Below the pieces are notes generated by a model that saw only the letters and a program-made list of their open reading frames with translations, searched no databases and was not told the origin of the DNA. A program made the position numbers and the translations under genes. Shown one piece after another: positions 12,638-26,748 of a stretch of DNA of 64,000 bases. Positions within the stretch are counted from its first letter, which is position 1. Each line of letters opens with the position of its first letter. Source of the stretch: the human T2T-CHM13v2.0 reference genome, Homo sapiens; assembly GCF_009914755.1 (NCBI RefSeq), contig NC_060930.1. One strand, given 5' to 3'.

Positions 12638-12940
12638 TTTATAAGCCATTTTTAAGTAATTTACCCAAAAGCTTTCTCCCACTAGAATACTATAATTGAG
12701 TAGTATCTGAGCATCATTATAGAAGATACAAGATGAAGTTGCTGCAGCATGCATTCACATTCTTCTTGCTTTTCTGGTTTTAATTCAAATGTCATTTTTA
12801 GTAGAATCAGCTTATTTTATTATTTTTTAAATGTATTAAAAAATCATAAACAAGATTGGTTGTCTGTGATTTAAAACAAAGAAATTCCCCAGCACTCAAA
12901 AGCTAAAGTGTTCTAACCTGAACCGTATTGAGTCCCACAC

Positions 12941-13318
<378 letters not shown>

Positions 13319-15709
13319 TTAGGGACAATTTATTGGTGGTTGGATTGAATTCTTTACTATTTGCCTTCAGCCATCTTGGAAGCTAAGACATAGGATCCTG
13401 TCTTTATCATAGGTAGCCTGTTTGTGCACTTAATATGAAAAAGAGGAGGGGGAAACCCTTTTTCCAAACGCAGAATCCATTTAAGCTTTGGAGGTTATAA
13501 ATTTCAAAGTGATCACAGGCCCCTGGGGCTCACACTCTTTTATGGCTGGCAAAATACAACTTTCTGGTAAGAATGGGGAAAAGAAGGCTTTAAAAGGCTC
13601 ATAAACTTGCTTGGACATCTAATAGCTCTTACCAAACAGCATTCTCATGAGTTAAGTGTAAATGAGTCAGAAACACATAGATCAAATTTCTTTTAAAATA
13701 CACATGGGTTTGAAAATTAAGGCCAAAGTGCTTGGCAAAATAAGTTTTGGTTTTATCCAAACCCAAATGTTGAAAAAATAATTCTAAGATTTGCCAAACC
13801 AAAAATACATGCAGATCTCTTCAATCCTCCCATTAAATAAGATGGCATCATAAACATGGGACTTAGTGGCTATTTTCATAATCCCCAAGGTTTAGGCAAC
13901 ATGGACCTTAAATATTGATTGAAAGACTATGAAAAATTTTTGGTGGAAAAACATTATAACCTTGCAAATGAAGATGAGGGCTACTGGTTCAGGGTTCTCA
14001 TCCTGATTTTGACAGCACTTCTCACTGTCCGATCAGGTGATCAACTTGTCCTTTGTCTTAGCTCTGGGTGTGTGTGTGTGCATGTGTGTGTGTGGCCTAT
14101 GCATAGCAATAATAACTTTTAAAATCCTATTTTTGGATTTTATAAATCCTAAATGTATACTTAATTCATATATTACAATCTGCGAAACTTAATAACTCCT
14201 CATCATATCCAAACAGAGGGAAGCAGTCCCCTTTTGCTCATTCATAGTTCAGAGATAGTCTTCATTTATTTCCCTAGAGGGTAAAACATATCCATTTTGC
14301 ACTAACAATATCTAATGCTGACTTTGCTCAGGTCTGTGTTATTAAAAGATGAGAGAGAGAGAGGGAAAGAGAGAAAAGAAAAAAAGTAGGGGAGGGTGTG
14401 TGGCAGGAGTCCTTGACTTGATTTGAAGAACTAATAACCTACTGAGAGACAAAAAAAAAAAGCCAAGGTCACTTTTACAAGCAACATGCAGAACCTGCAA
14501 ACTGATGTGACACTGCAGACAGTAGGCTTCGCAAGAGCAGGGACCGGGTCCAGTTCACTCATTGTTGTAACCAAGTGCCTAGCACAGGGGCTGGAAGAAT
14601 GAGCACACAAGTATTCAGTGATCACATGAATGAAAGCGTCTCCATAGAGGAACAGCTAATGAAGCTGCCTTGATGTAGTGCCTTCTGGTCGATGAATTCT
14701 GAATTCTGAACCTGAGGAGGGATGTGGGCTGGCGATCAGGGGTGGAGAAATGAGGGGTGAAGTAGCATGTTAAAGGGCACAGACACAGAAAAGAGCAAGC
14801 TGTATTAGGGATGACCTTCCGGTTCACTTGGCTGGAACAAAGGGCTTGACCACAGAGGGTGAGAAGCATGAGGCTGGAGGAGAGTGGGAAGGTGGTAGAA
14901 CAGGAGTTTGGGGAATTTGTACTCAATACATTGGGCAACGTCACTGTGGCCTCAAGCACAAGAATGACAAGATGAAATCTGTGTTTGAGGAAAATTACTT
15001 GAGCAGCTCTTTGTAGACTGAAAGACTGACATTGCTAAAGCTGATGGTTGCATTCTGATGGCAGGCTAATTGCCAGCAGTTGATTCTAAACATTGCAGAA
15101 CGTCATCGCTGGAGTGCGAGGGACATGCGCTGCCAGATCTATGGGTTAAGTATGGAAAGCCATTGTCTCTGGACAGTGAGAAGAACTTTCTTTGTGCTAA
15201 GTGGGCCTAAGGAAATGTCACAATGCACGGTGGAAGGAAATCTCACAATCAACAGACCATTCCAGGATCTAAAGAAGGAGGATGCTGGCTTGGCTCCAGA
15301 TGGCCACAGAAACAGAGGCCCCACCCTTCTGACCAACCAGCAGCTCTGAGCCTTAAGCCAGCAGGGAAGGGCAGATGTGGGCTGCTGTTTCATGCGTGCA
15401 CAGAGGCAGGCCCTGGCTCTTGCAGCAGCGGACTTCACGAATGTGGAATGTGGAGGTTACACAGCGATGCCTAGACTGTCTGTCCTTAGACCGAAGGGCA
15501 GCAGAAAGGCTCAGGGGGCTTGCTCTATATTCCTTAGACATCTCCGGAGATTTTCTCAGCATCAGAATCAGATCCTCCCATGGCCTGCGGCTACTTTTAA
15601 GAAAGTTTGGCAACCTTTTGGATATGTCCTCTTCTCTTTTTTGACTTTCCAGGCTGTAAACCTTCAGAAGCTTCCACATGTGGTGCCAGTGGGCTCCTGG
15701 TGGTGAAGG

Positions 15710-16420
15710 AAGGTGGCAGTGTGGTTTAGTGGAAAAGAATATCTGCTCTGGAGTTGGGCCAGCTTGGGTTCGTATCCCAGCAGAGACACTTACCAGGTGA
15801 GGGAGAAAGGGACTTCAGCTCTCTGAGCCTCAGTCTCTATGTCATGAGTAATGAGATTGCTGTAAGAGACAGGTAAGGAAATGTATAAAGTGTGGCTCAT
15901 CACAGATGCCCTAAAATGGCAGTTGCCATCCTGTTAGAAAGGATGCATTGCCTAAGGACAGAGCTTGGGGCTGGAGTGAGACCTGCCTGGGTTTGAAAAC
16001 TGGCTGGGTCACTTACCAGCTGTGAGGATTTGGACAAGTTTTATAACCTCTCTGGGCCTGCATTTTCTCATTAAATAATTATAATAGCTAATATTTATTG
16101 AACACTTTCTACATGTAGGCAGTGTTTAAATGCTACATACCAACAATGCATGAGACTTAGCATTATTAAGCCCATTTTGCAGATGAAGAGACTGAGGCTT
16201 GGAGAGGTTAAGTATGCCACCCAGAGTCATGTGGCCAGTAAATGGCAGTGCTGAGATACGACTGGCAGCCTGGCTCCAGAGTTTCCATGCAAAACCACTG
16301 TCCATGGCTTATGTGTAAAAAATGAAGATAATAACCCCTACTTTGTGCAGTTATCAGCTCCAATGTAAATAACAAGTTAAAATGTCCGGGAGCTACCTGG
16401 CTCGTAGTAGATGCTTATTA
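15710..16420. mobile_element. Cluster of MIR fragments in both orientations
   Basis: ctctctgagcctcagt; ttaccagctgtgag...ttggacaagt; cccattttgcagatgaagagactgaggc. Confidence 0.65.
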
Positions 16421-17845
16421 CAAAAATTGTCATGATAGCCCCTACAGCCCAGAACTTCTTCCCTTGGATGTGTAATGGAAAATAATGAAACACTTCCACG
16501 TTGTCAACCTCAGAGGTTAGGGAAACCATTCCAGAAATTCTCATAAAATCTCTGGTTCCACTTTTACAAGTCGAGACTGCAACAAAGAGAGCGAGTGCCC
16601 AAGGTCACAGGGTGGCGCAGCCAGGATTAGAACCTGAGTCCTCATCTGCCTTTCCTCTCGGTGGAACATGGGATCTGACCGCAGCTGCTTCAGTTACATG
16701 CCCTGTGCCAAGCACCAGAGTCATATTTTTGCCACCCACGGCATGGCTTCCTCACATCAGGAAGCCAATTCCAGAGAGAAAATAGGTTGTGCCTGAACAT
16801 CTAGGGTTGAGAGGTTAAAGGGTTGCAGGAAAGCAGTTAGTAACCACACTCTCCATCATTTTTGCTGTTGGGGGAGAAATCAGTATTATAGCTCTTACAT
16901 TTTGCAATGGCATTTGTACTAATATGAAGCTTTCTCCCTCCCTCTCTCTGCTAATGGGCTGGTCATAAAGAATGAATCAAGTGTGGAGAAGACTGCTTTC
17001 CCAGACCTCATCTAAATCCTAAAATCTGCCGTTGACCCACAGGTCAAAGCTACTTGCCACATGAAGCTGCTTTTTTCTCTGTATTCTTTCTCTTTTACCT
17101 AGAATGCCTCTGTTCATATAACATAGAGAAGTAACACACTTAATCTTAACACAGTAAACATCTGGCTTTTTTGTCACAGGCAGAATTTTTGGAAGGCCGC
17201 AGTCTTGAGAGTCAGGGTGGTAGAAATCAGAAAAGGACAAGGACCCTGTCCTTTCCACTGACCCCTTGAATGAGTCTCTAAATTCATCTAGGATTTAGCA
17301 TCTCCCACTTTAACAGGGACACAGTGACACCTGTCCCTGTAACAGGGACACAGTGGGGAGAGGGGAGCAGAGCTGTGGGCCAGGGGCCTGCTGAGTTCCA
17401 TGAACTGACATCAGCTAGTTCGTGTGTTGGATGAGACTTGATGAAAATGTGTGGTTTTTTTTTTTTCTTATGAAAAACTTTTCAGAGTTCTTGTTTGCAA
17501 ATGCAGGGTGTTAGGCCATGTATGTCTCTAAGGCACTATACAGCTCTGACATTGTGACCCTGCCACCCTACTGTCAGGGCAAAGAAGGGGGGAGATGGAA
17601 CATAGGCTAGGGGTCAGCTCTCCCAGCGGGAGGGGGAAACTTGACTTTGGGGTTCTAGAAGCTGGACTTCCATCCACCTTTTCCTATTTCTGGCAACCCT
17701 TCCTGGCAAAGTTATTCATCTGTAAAATGGAGATAGTAATAAATATTTCAGTAGCATTGCTGTTTGCTTCCAAGTGAAATAAGTATATAAAAATGCCTGG
17801 TGCTGTATTTGATGTAAATTAGGTGTGCAATAAAATTTGACTCCT

Positions 17846-18114
17846 AGTCTGGGCACAGCGGCTCATGCCTGTAATCTCAGGACTTTGGAAGGCTGAGGTG
17901 GGAGGATCATGAGCCCAGGAGTTTGAGACCCCATCTCTACAAAAAATTTAAAAATTAACTGGGCATGCCTGTAGACCCAGCTACTCAGGAGGCTGAGGCC
18001 CAGGAGTTTGAGGCTGCAGTGAGCTATGATCATGCAGCTGTCCTCCAGCCTGGGTGACAGAGCAAGACCTTGCCCCGCCCCCACTACCAAAAAAAAAAAA
18101 AAAAAAAAAAAAAA
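17846..18114 (+). mobile_element. AluJ with two internal deletions
   Basis: J-type ggaggatc..gagcccaggagtttgag and gaggctgcagtgagctatgatc; poly(A) tail. Confidence 0.9.
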
Positions 18115-18120
18115 CCATCA

Positions 18121-18454
<334 letters not shown>

Positions 18455-19686
18455 TTAGTTCTGAAAGCCAGGGCATAGGACCTAGGCTCTTGTTCAAAAT
18501 TTCCTGCAGAACAGCTCTATCATGTAATTCTTCTTTATTCTATTTTTCTTTTTTGGGAGTGAACAGAGCCATCTGCTATAGTGTGTTTGTTAAAAAAAAA
18601 AAAAAGAAGAAGAAAGAAAAAAGAAAACTACACTGTTAGTCATGAATCCCTCCATGGTTTTGGAAGAGGGCCTACCAGAGACCTGGTCATTTGGTTTGCT
18701 TAAACTTCCAGGTTCTGGAAAGAACTTAGTAAAGAGGATCCATTGTCCAAGGTGAAGATAAGGACTTACTTAAGTGAGTGCACAAGAAGGGGCTCCGTAG
18801 TTCTGGGTTCTTCGCCCCTCAGAAACTTTTAGAGGTCAGCAAGAAATAGCAATGACCACTTATAAGAAAAAACAGACTGCTCTCCCCTAACCCATAGAAC
18901 CAGCAAAGGAAAACAACATTTTCATTTGTAAAATGAAGACTTAAAGATAGAGTTATCCCAGTAGGGAGTCTTACATGGTTGTAATTTTTACTGATTAACA
19001 AGTAAAATAAGGGATATAGCTAAAAGAAAAAGTTATTTAAAAATTAAAGAAAACAAGGCCTTATAATTGGTTAATTTTTATTGTTATTTTTATTTTACTT
19101 TTAGTACTCAGGAACCTTAGCTTCTCAGAGCCATAGGGTGAGTAGCATCACAGTGATGAAGCTGCGATTCAGACCAGAGCCTAACACTGAGCTAAGATGA
19201 AACTCACCCTTGGCTCCCATACCCTCTCCTTACCATGAGCTATAGACTCGAAAGGAGAAGGAATGTTTTTCAGTTGCAGGCATATCTCACTTTATCATGC
19301 TTCGCTTTATTACGCTTCACGAATATTGCCTTTGTACAAATGGAAGGTTTGTGGCAACCCTGTCAAGTCTATCAATGCCATTTTTCCAACAGCATGTGCT
19401 CACTTTATGTCTCTGTGTCACATTTTGGTAATTCTCACAATGTTTCAAACATTTTCATTATCATATCTGTTATGGTGATTTGTGATCAGTGATCTTGGAT
19501 GTTACTATTGTCATTGTTTTGGGACACCATGAACTGCACCCATGTAAGAGGTAAACTTAGTCAATAAACGTTGGGTATGTTCTGACTGCTCCACCAACTG
19601 GCTGTTCCCCCATCTTTCTCCTTCTCCTTGGGCCTCCCTATTTCCTGAGATACAAGATTGAAAGTAGGCCAGTTAATAATTCTATG

Positions 19687-21590
19687 ATGGCCTCTAAATG
19701 TTTAAGTGAAAGGAGGGCCTCTAAATGTTTAAGTGAAAGGAGGAGACCCATGTCTCTCATTTTGAATCAAAAGCTAGAAGTGATTAAACTTAGTGAGGAA
19801 GGCATATTGAAAGCCAAGACAGGCCAAAAGCAAGGCTACTTGTGCCAATCAAGTTGTGAATGCAAGGAAAAAGTCCTTGAAGGAAACTAAAATTGCTACT
19901 CCATGGCTAGGCACAATGGCTCAAACCTGTAATAATCCCAGCACTTTGGGAGGCTGAGGCTGGCGGATCGCTTGAGCCCAGGAGTTCAAGATTAGCCTGG
20001 GAAACATGGCAAAACCCTGTCTCTACAAAAAATATGAAAAATTAGCTGGGTGTGATGGTGCACACCTGTAGTCCCAATTACTCAGGAGGCTGAGGTGGGA
20101 GGATCACCTGAGCCTGGGAATTTGAGGCTGCAGTGAGCTGTGATCATGCCACTGCACTCCAGCCTGAGTGACTGAGATATTGTCTCTAAATAACAAATAA
20201 ATAAAAATGCTACTCCAGTGAAGACACAAATGATAAGAAAGCAAAACAGCCTTATTGCTGATATAGAGAAAATTTGAGTGGTCTGGGTGGAAGATCAAAC
20301 CGACCACAATATTTCCTTAATCCAAAACTTAATCCAGAGCAAGGCCCTAACTCTCTTCATCACTGAAGACTGAGAGAGGGGAGGAAGCTGCAGAAAAAGA
20401 TTTTGAAGCTAGCAGAGGTTGGTTCATGAGCTTTAAAGAAAGAAGCTGTCTCCATAACATCAAAGTGCAAGGTGAAGCAGCAAGTGCTGACGTAGAAGCT
20501 GCAGCAAACTACCCAGAAGATCTAGCTAAGATCATTGATGAAGGTGACTACACTAGACAATAGATTTTCAATATAGATAAAACAGCTTTATATTGAAAGA
20601 AGATGCCAACTAGGACTTTCATAGATAGAGAGGAGTCAATGCCTGACTTCAAAGCTTCAAAGGACAGGCTGACTCTCTTGGTAGGGGCTAATGCTGCCGG
20701 TGACCTTAAGTGGAAGCCAGTGTTCACTTACTGTTCTGAAAATCCTAGGGCCTTTAAGAATTATGCTAAATCTACTCTGCTTGAGCTCTGTCAGTGGAAC
20801 AACGAAGCTTGGGTGACAGCACATCTCTTGATACCATGGTTTACTGAATATTTTAAACCCACTGTTGAGACCCACTGCTCAGGAAAAAATAATTCTTTTA
20901 AAACATTACTGCTTATTGACAATGCATTTGGTCATCCAAGAGCTCTGATGGAGCGGTACAAAGAAATTAATTGTTTTCATGCCTGCTAACACAACATTCA
21001 TTCTGCAGCCCATGGATCAAGGAGGAATTTTGACTTCCAAGTCTTATCATTTAAGAGATACACTTCATAAGGCTCTAGCTGCCATTGATAGTGATGCCTC
21101 TAACAGATTTGGGCAAAGTACATTGAAAATCTTCTGGAAAGGATTCACTATTCTAGATGCCATTAAGAACATTTGTGATTCATAGGAGGAGGTCAAAATA
21201 TCAACATTAACAGGAGTTTGGAAGGAGTTTATTCCAACACTCGTGGATGACTTTGAAGGGTTCAAGAGTTCAGTGGAGGAAGTAGCTGCAGATATGATAG
21301 AAATAGCAAGAGAATTACAAGGGGAACCTAAATATGTGGCTGAATTGCTGCAATCTCACGATCAAACTTGAACAGATGAGGAGTTGCTTCTTAAGAATGA
21401 ACAAAGAAATTGGTTTCTAGAGATAGAATCTGCTCCTGGTAAAGATGCTGTGAACAATGATGAAATTACAACAAAGGATTTAGACTATTCCATAAACTTA
21501 GTTGATAAAACAGCAGCAGGGATTGACTCAGTTTTGAAGGTGTTCTATTGTGGGTAAAATGTTATCAAATAGCATGGCATGACACAGAGA
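19687..21590 (+). pseudogene. Disrupted Tigger1 (pogo/CENP-B-like) transposase
   Basis: Fragments MASKCLSERR...LNQKLEVIKLSEEG (HTH), [41 protein letters not shown] (DDE domain), with stops, frameshifts and an Alu insertion. Confidence 0.9.
19905..20202 (+). mobile_element. AluJ inserted in Tigger1
   Basis: TSD aaaa(t/a)tgctactcca at 19889-19903 and 20203-20217. Confidence 0.95.
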
Positions 21591-23593
21591 AATCCTTTGT
21601 GAAAGGAAGAATCAACCAATGTGGCAAACTTTATTGTTGTCTTATTTTAAGAAATTGCCACAGCCACCCCAGCCTTTGGCAACCACCACCCTGATTAGTC
21701 AGCAGCCGTCAGTATCAAGGCAAGACTCTCCACCAGCAAAAAGGTTATGGTTCGCTGAAGGCTCAGATGATTGTTAGCATTTTTTTTTTTTTACAAATAA
21801 AGTATTTTAAATTAAGAAATGTAAATTGTTTTTTAGACATAATGCTACTGCACATTTAATAGACTACAGTATAGTATAAACATAACTTTTATATGCACTG
21901 GGAAACCCTCCAAAAAAATGCATGTGACTTGCTTTATTGCAATGCTCACTTTATTGCAGTGGTCTAGAACCAAACCTCCAGTATCTCCCACGTATCTTCA
22001 TCAGTTAATGAGCTATAAGAAAAGAGATGTCATCCTCTTCAAAAATGAGAACAATTTCTATCCTGCAAAAGCCATTTAAAAACTCTTCATGAAGCAATGG
22101 TTGATGGAGGAGAGAAGGAATCGTGTTTTGGTAAAAACCTTCCTTCCTGGGATGGGTTTGGTGTGGGGACCACTATCTGGCATCACACTCAGAGTTTATC
22201 AGCTAGTGCAGGCGGCTCTGTTCATTGACCGCAGGGCTCTACCCTTGTGAGTGTCCCAGAATAGCTGCGGCTACCTGAGAGCAATCCAGTCCTCAGGGAC
22301 TCGTTATTGTCCCAGATAAACAGCGTTGCCGCAGCCAGCACGTAATGGCTGTATTTAACTGTGATAAGTGATGGGCAGACGTGCCCGAGTGAGTGGATCT
22401 CTGGTAGGGCCTGGGTAATTGGACAAAGGCAAGCTGGCTGGCAGCAGGCATTTCTTGCACATCATAGAATTGATGCCACAGGGTTTTAGACTCCTGGGGA
22501 TAAATATGACAGACATGGGGAGCTTGCCTTCTAAATGAGGAAGACAGGACAGACCTACTGGATTTTGATTATGCTAATTACAAAAGTATTTGAGGAAGGA
22601 AATAATACAAGTTTAGAAAATGGGTTAGATTAATAGAGGCAGGCTTCCTGGTAGAAGTGGAATCTGCCACCACAGAAGAGCTAGTTTGGAAATGTTGGGA
22701 TGTAGAATAAGACAGACATTTTTCTCTGAACACACATTTACTTTTGGGAGTGGTTGCCTGGAAGTTTTATGGAATGCTAACAGTGAAAGTCTTAGGCCAT
22801 AAAGGTCAAAGAAGTAAAGGTGAGAGTGGCCATATTTTGACAGTATCAACATTGAGAGAATGTATTTAGACACAGTTTTGCTATCTATAATTCTCTGGAA
22901 AATTTTGTGTTATAAAGGTGGATGAGTATCTAGATCACATTCTTGGCCATGCTTCCCTGATAAAACAGAAAAGTGACTCACCAGGTGAACAGAGAGTCTC
23001 TCAATGCATTTGGTGTGCAGTTACGATTCCATGAAGAGAAATATTTCATTCCTCTGGCCAAAAGGGGCAGGCAGGCCTGGAATTCTGAAGATAGCTGGTC
23101 ATACATGCCCGATGGAGACCATGCCTTGTGGTGCCAGCGTGTGTGTATGGTACATACATAGTACATGTATGATACATATATAGCATAAGAAATGGGCTTT
23201 TATTTGTATGTAATTGTGTGTGTCTGATGCTTCATGTAGCAGGGGTGGGTTATCCTGCCTTCAGACAAATGCCCAAATCAGAGGAAAACCCAAGTGTGAG
23301 GTACAATTGTGGCCACTTCCCCAGAATCCCCTGCTTTAAGGGGTATTCCACAAACCTCTGCCATAGATGTGTGTGTATGTTTGTGTGTACTGAGAGAAGG
23401 AGACTTTCTGAAATTTTGGAGTTCAGGGTCCAGAAGTTCATGGGCTTCCTTGTATACTGGTAACAGATTAATATTCAGTTGTTCAAGTTTATAATTCTAC
23501 ATATTTGATACTGGATTTTGTGGAAAGATTCCACAATCTGAGCATGTGAGAAATGGAAGACTTAATACTGAAGCTCACCCAGGCCCCCACTGC

Positions 23594-23936
23594 ACAGAGG
23601 AAGAATCGAGGCTCTGAGGGATGGTGGCTGAGGAACACAGTGGAAGAATCGAGGCTCTGGGGGAGGGTGGCTGAGGAACATGGAGGAGGAATCAGGGCTC
23701 TGAGGGAGGGTGGCTGAGGAACATGGAGGAGGAATCAGGGCTCTGAGGGGAGGGTGGCTGAGGAACAGTAGAAGAATCAAGGCTCTGGGGGAGGGTGACT
23801 GAGGAACATGGAAGAGGAATTGAGGCTCTGAGGGAGGGTGGGTGAGGAACATGGAAGAGGAATCAAGGCTCTGAGGGAGGGTGACTGAGGAACATAGTAG
23901 AAGAATCGAGGCTCTGGGGGAGGGTGGCTGAGAAAC
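23594..23936. repeat. ~43-bp minisatellite (VNTR), 8 units
   Basis: Unit consensus approx. atggaRgaggaatcRRggctctgRgggagggtgRctgaggaac, repeated 8 times. Confidence 0.95.
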
Positions 23937-25200
23937 AGGTCCAAGGTCACATAGCCAGTCAGAGGCATTTGTACTGTAACTCGGGTCTCTGTTTCGCTTA
24001 TTGTAGTAATTTCCCCTTTGCACAGATGAAGACATTTAGACATGGAGGACAGTTTTTTCGTAAGATTCTTCTGCTTGGCAAGGACAAAACAGAACCAGCT
24101 CCAGACTCTGGAACTTCCTGCCATGATCACTTTCTAAAAATCCAAACTTATTTCCTCCCCACTCTGTTGGATTTCATACCTTCCATACCAATAAATATCA
24201 GAAAAGTGAAGCCCAAGCTTGGTTCTTCATTTTCATCAATTCCAGAGTCTTTTCCTCTGTCACCAACAAGGGGGCTGCCCTGAACCAGCCAGAGCCAGAA
24301 GGACAAATGAGGATGCCTTCAATACCGCCCCCTCCTCAAATGTTATCAGCAGAGAGGGACTTGTACTGCCACCATCTGGCCTTTGTGGGTGTCCCAGACA
24401 CAGCAAGTATGTGGTGAGAGGGAAGGAAACAGCACAAATTGTCTACTTTACCATTCTCTTAAAATAAGCTTCGTGCGAGCAAGCTTTTCAGAGCAGCAGG
24501 ACTAGGGCTGCGAAAAATAGAGTGTGGTGCAGCTGCACCCTTCAGAACTTTGGGGGAAAACACATATTATTTACCAGACAATAATAGATACCAGAGAATA
24601 ATAATGATTATTATAGTGTTTGGGATGGCAAATGCTGTAGTTAAGGTTCCAGAATGGCTCTTATTATAATCCCGTTTTACCGAGTCTCTTGTGAAAGCCT
24701 GGAAATTTTCTTTAAGTAGGCTGATGCTGTCCGTGTTTGGTCTTTGTCCAAAGGTGATTTGAATATAAAGAAACTTACTGGAGAAACATTCATTTTTTTA
24801 AATAGTGATTGCATTAAAGAAAAAAGCTACATTATTAAAAAAGCAGTTGCAGCATCCCTAAGTAAGCAATTCAAAATGGCGGTGTTTCCCAGTTTACTGG
24901 AGGAAAATGTTAAACATTCTCCCTCCTCCCTTTTAAAGAAAGAAGGAGGCCCCCTCTAACTACAAGATTCAGTCACTCTTGGTTCCAGGCCCAGAGGTGG
25001 GGATGGCTTCCCTCCCTCCATAGCAACTTCCAGGCTGTGCTTGCTAAATGCAAAAGAATTGTTCCCAGAAGAAGTGACCCCGGTGTCTTTGGATCCACTT
25101 GTCATCTCTGCAGCTCCTCAATTTTTGTGGCCTCACATTTGATAGTGGCTCTTGGTGCTTTTATTTTTGTATCCCCTCTCTCCATTGTCACTTATTCTTG

Positions 25201-25212
25201 AGAAAGAAAGAA

Positions 25213-25267
<55 letters not shown>
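25201..25267. repeat. (AAAG)n tetranucleotide microsatellite
   Basis: agaaagaaagaaaagaaagaaag... Confidence 0.95.
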
Positions 25268-26589
25268 TCAAATGTGAGCTCTTTATTCAGAAATAAATAT
25301 CCACATTTCCAAATCTGACCATGCCAAATGAAAAGGTTTCCATGGCCTTGTAATTCCACCCCCATTACATATTTGTGGTGTTTTGCATTTTCACTTTGGT
25401 TATTTAATATACATATTAAGTACACACAGATCTGGTGATTTAATGTGATTGGGGGAACTCAGGCATTTCCTGTCGTGCACAGTGAAACTTTCAAACCTTG
25501 TTTTTGGCTGCTGCTGATTATTGTTGCCATTAACACCAGGATTTAGATAGCAGGGTTCAAAGCACAAGCTTCCACTTAGTCCTCCCAATGGGCATTTGAC
25601 CTCCTCTTGCTCTTGCTAAATTCATGTTACAAACACTCCAAGCAAGCTTCCAGGTCTCTTTGTGGCTCCATTTCTTCACTATAAAATGAGGAAATGGTAC
25701 TGTATTATCTCTGGGGTCCCTTCAAGTCCTACATTCTATCACCTCTCTGAAGTTATTTGTTCATTGTTCTAAGAATAATCTCAACAGTTGTAAAGATGTT
25801 TACAAGTCCTCTGTCACCACCTCACCTTAGCCAAATTTTACCCATTCACATTTCTGACAGCCTCATTTATTGGCAGGAAGAAAAGGTGCCGTTTTGGGGC
25901 ATGGCAGAAGAGAGGCGCCTGACCCACTCATGTGATCAAAGTGTGTCGAGCGCCCACAGCGGGCCAGACTCTGAGCTAGGAGTTGGGTGTAGAGACACGA
26001 GCAAAACAGACAAGCCCCTGACCTCTGGGGCTTTACCATGCAGTTGGCAGACTTCTAAGTGGCTGCTCCCAGAACTGACTGAGTGGCCTCAGGAAGCTCT
26101 ATTTCAAACCAAGTGACTGGCGGCAAATGAAAGAAGGCTGCAGGTATCAAGAGGCAGAGCCTCATATCTCGGTGAATGTTGGGATGAGCATTCCCCAGAA
26201 ACTGACTTTCCTGGTGGAAAATCCTGTTCAGAGCCTCTGCCCTGGGACCCCAAGGCTCTTGGTTGATTTATTTTCTTCCAGTCCAGTGCTACTGTTTGTT
26301 TTGGATGTGAAGAGATGTGAATGGCTCACCTTTTACAGGCAAGACCCACACATGGAGAAAAGCAAGCATTTCTTCCAGCTTAGTTGCCTTTGTGGGAAAC
26401 TTCTGAAGATAGGTATATGTGTCCATGGTAATTTTCCACTTGCCAAAAAGTGAATCTATTGGCCCTCTTTTCAGCAAATACCAGAGCTGAGACATGGGGT
26501 TACAGGAGTGAGGTCAGGAGCTCCAGGGTCCTCCGTGACCTTGCCTGGCTTTGGAGTGACCTTGGGTGACTCAAAAGACCTCCTGCTGG

Positions 26590-26748
26590 GGCTGGATGCG
26601 GTGGTTCATGCCTGTAATCCCAGCACTTTGGGAGGCTGAGGCAGGAGAATCACTTGAAACTGGGAGGCAGAGATTGCAGTGAGCCAGTTGCACCACTGCA
26701 CTCCAGCTTGGGCAACAGAGCGAGACCCTGTCTCAAAAAAAAAAAAAA
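26590..26748 (+). mobile_element. Alu monomer: 5' part of left arm fused to an AluS right arm
   Basis: gtggttcatgcctgtaatcccagcactttgggaggctgaggc joined directly to aggagaatcacttgaa; TSD aaaag(a)cctcctgctgg. Confidence 0.9.

Larger units (their letters stand above)
19277..21996 (+). mobile_element. Tigger1 (TcMar-Tigger) DNA transposon, near full length, interrupted by an AluJ
   Basis: 5' end caggcatatctcactttatcatgcttcgctttatt; 3' end gtggtctagaaccaaacctccagtatctcc; transposase remnants inside. Confidence 0.93.

Noticed and set aside
20603-21185. Transposase ORFs as a domesticated TIGD-like gene
   Set aside because: Multiple stops, frameshifts and an Alu insertion; decayed Tigger1
23562-24130. 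Repetitive ORFs (157 aa, 117 aa) and a CRISPR-like periodic appearance
   Set aside because: Translations of the minisatellite; units are contiguous with no unique spacers and there are no cas genes
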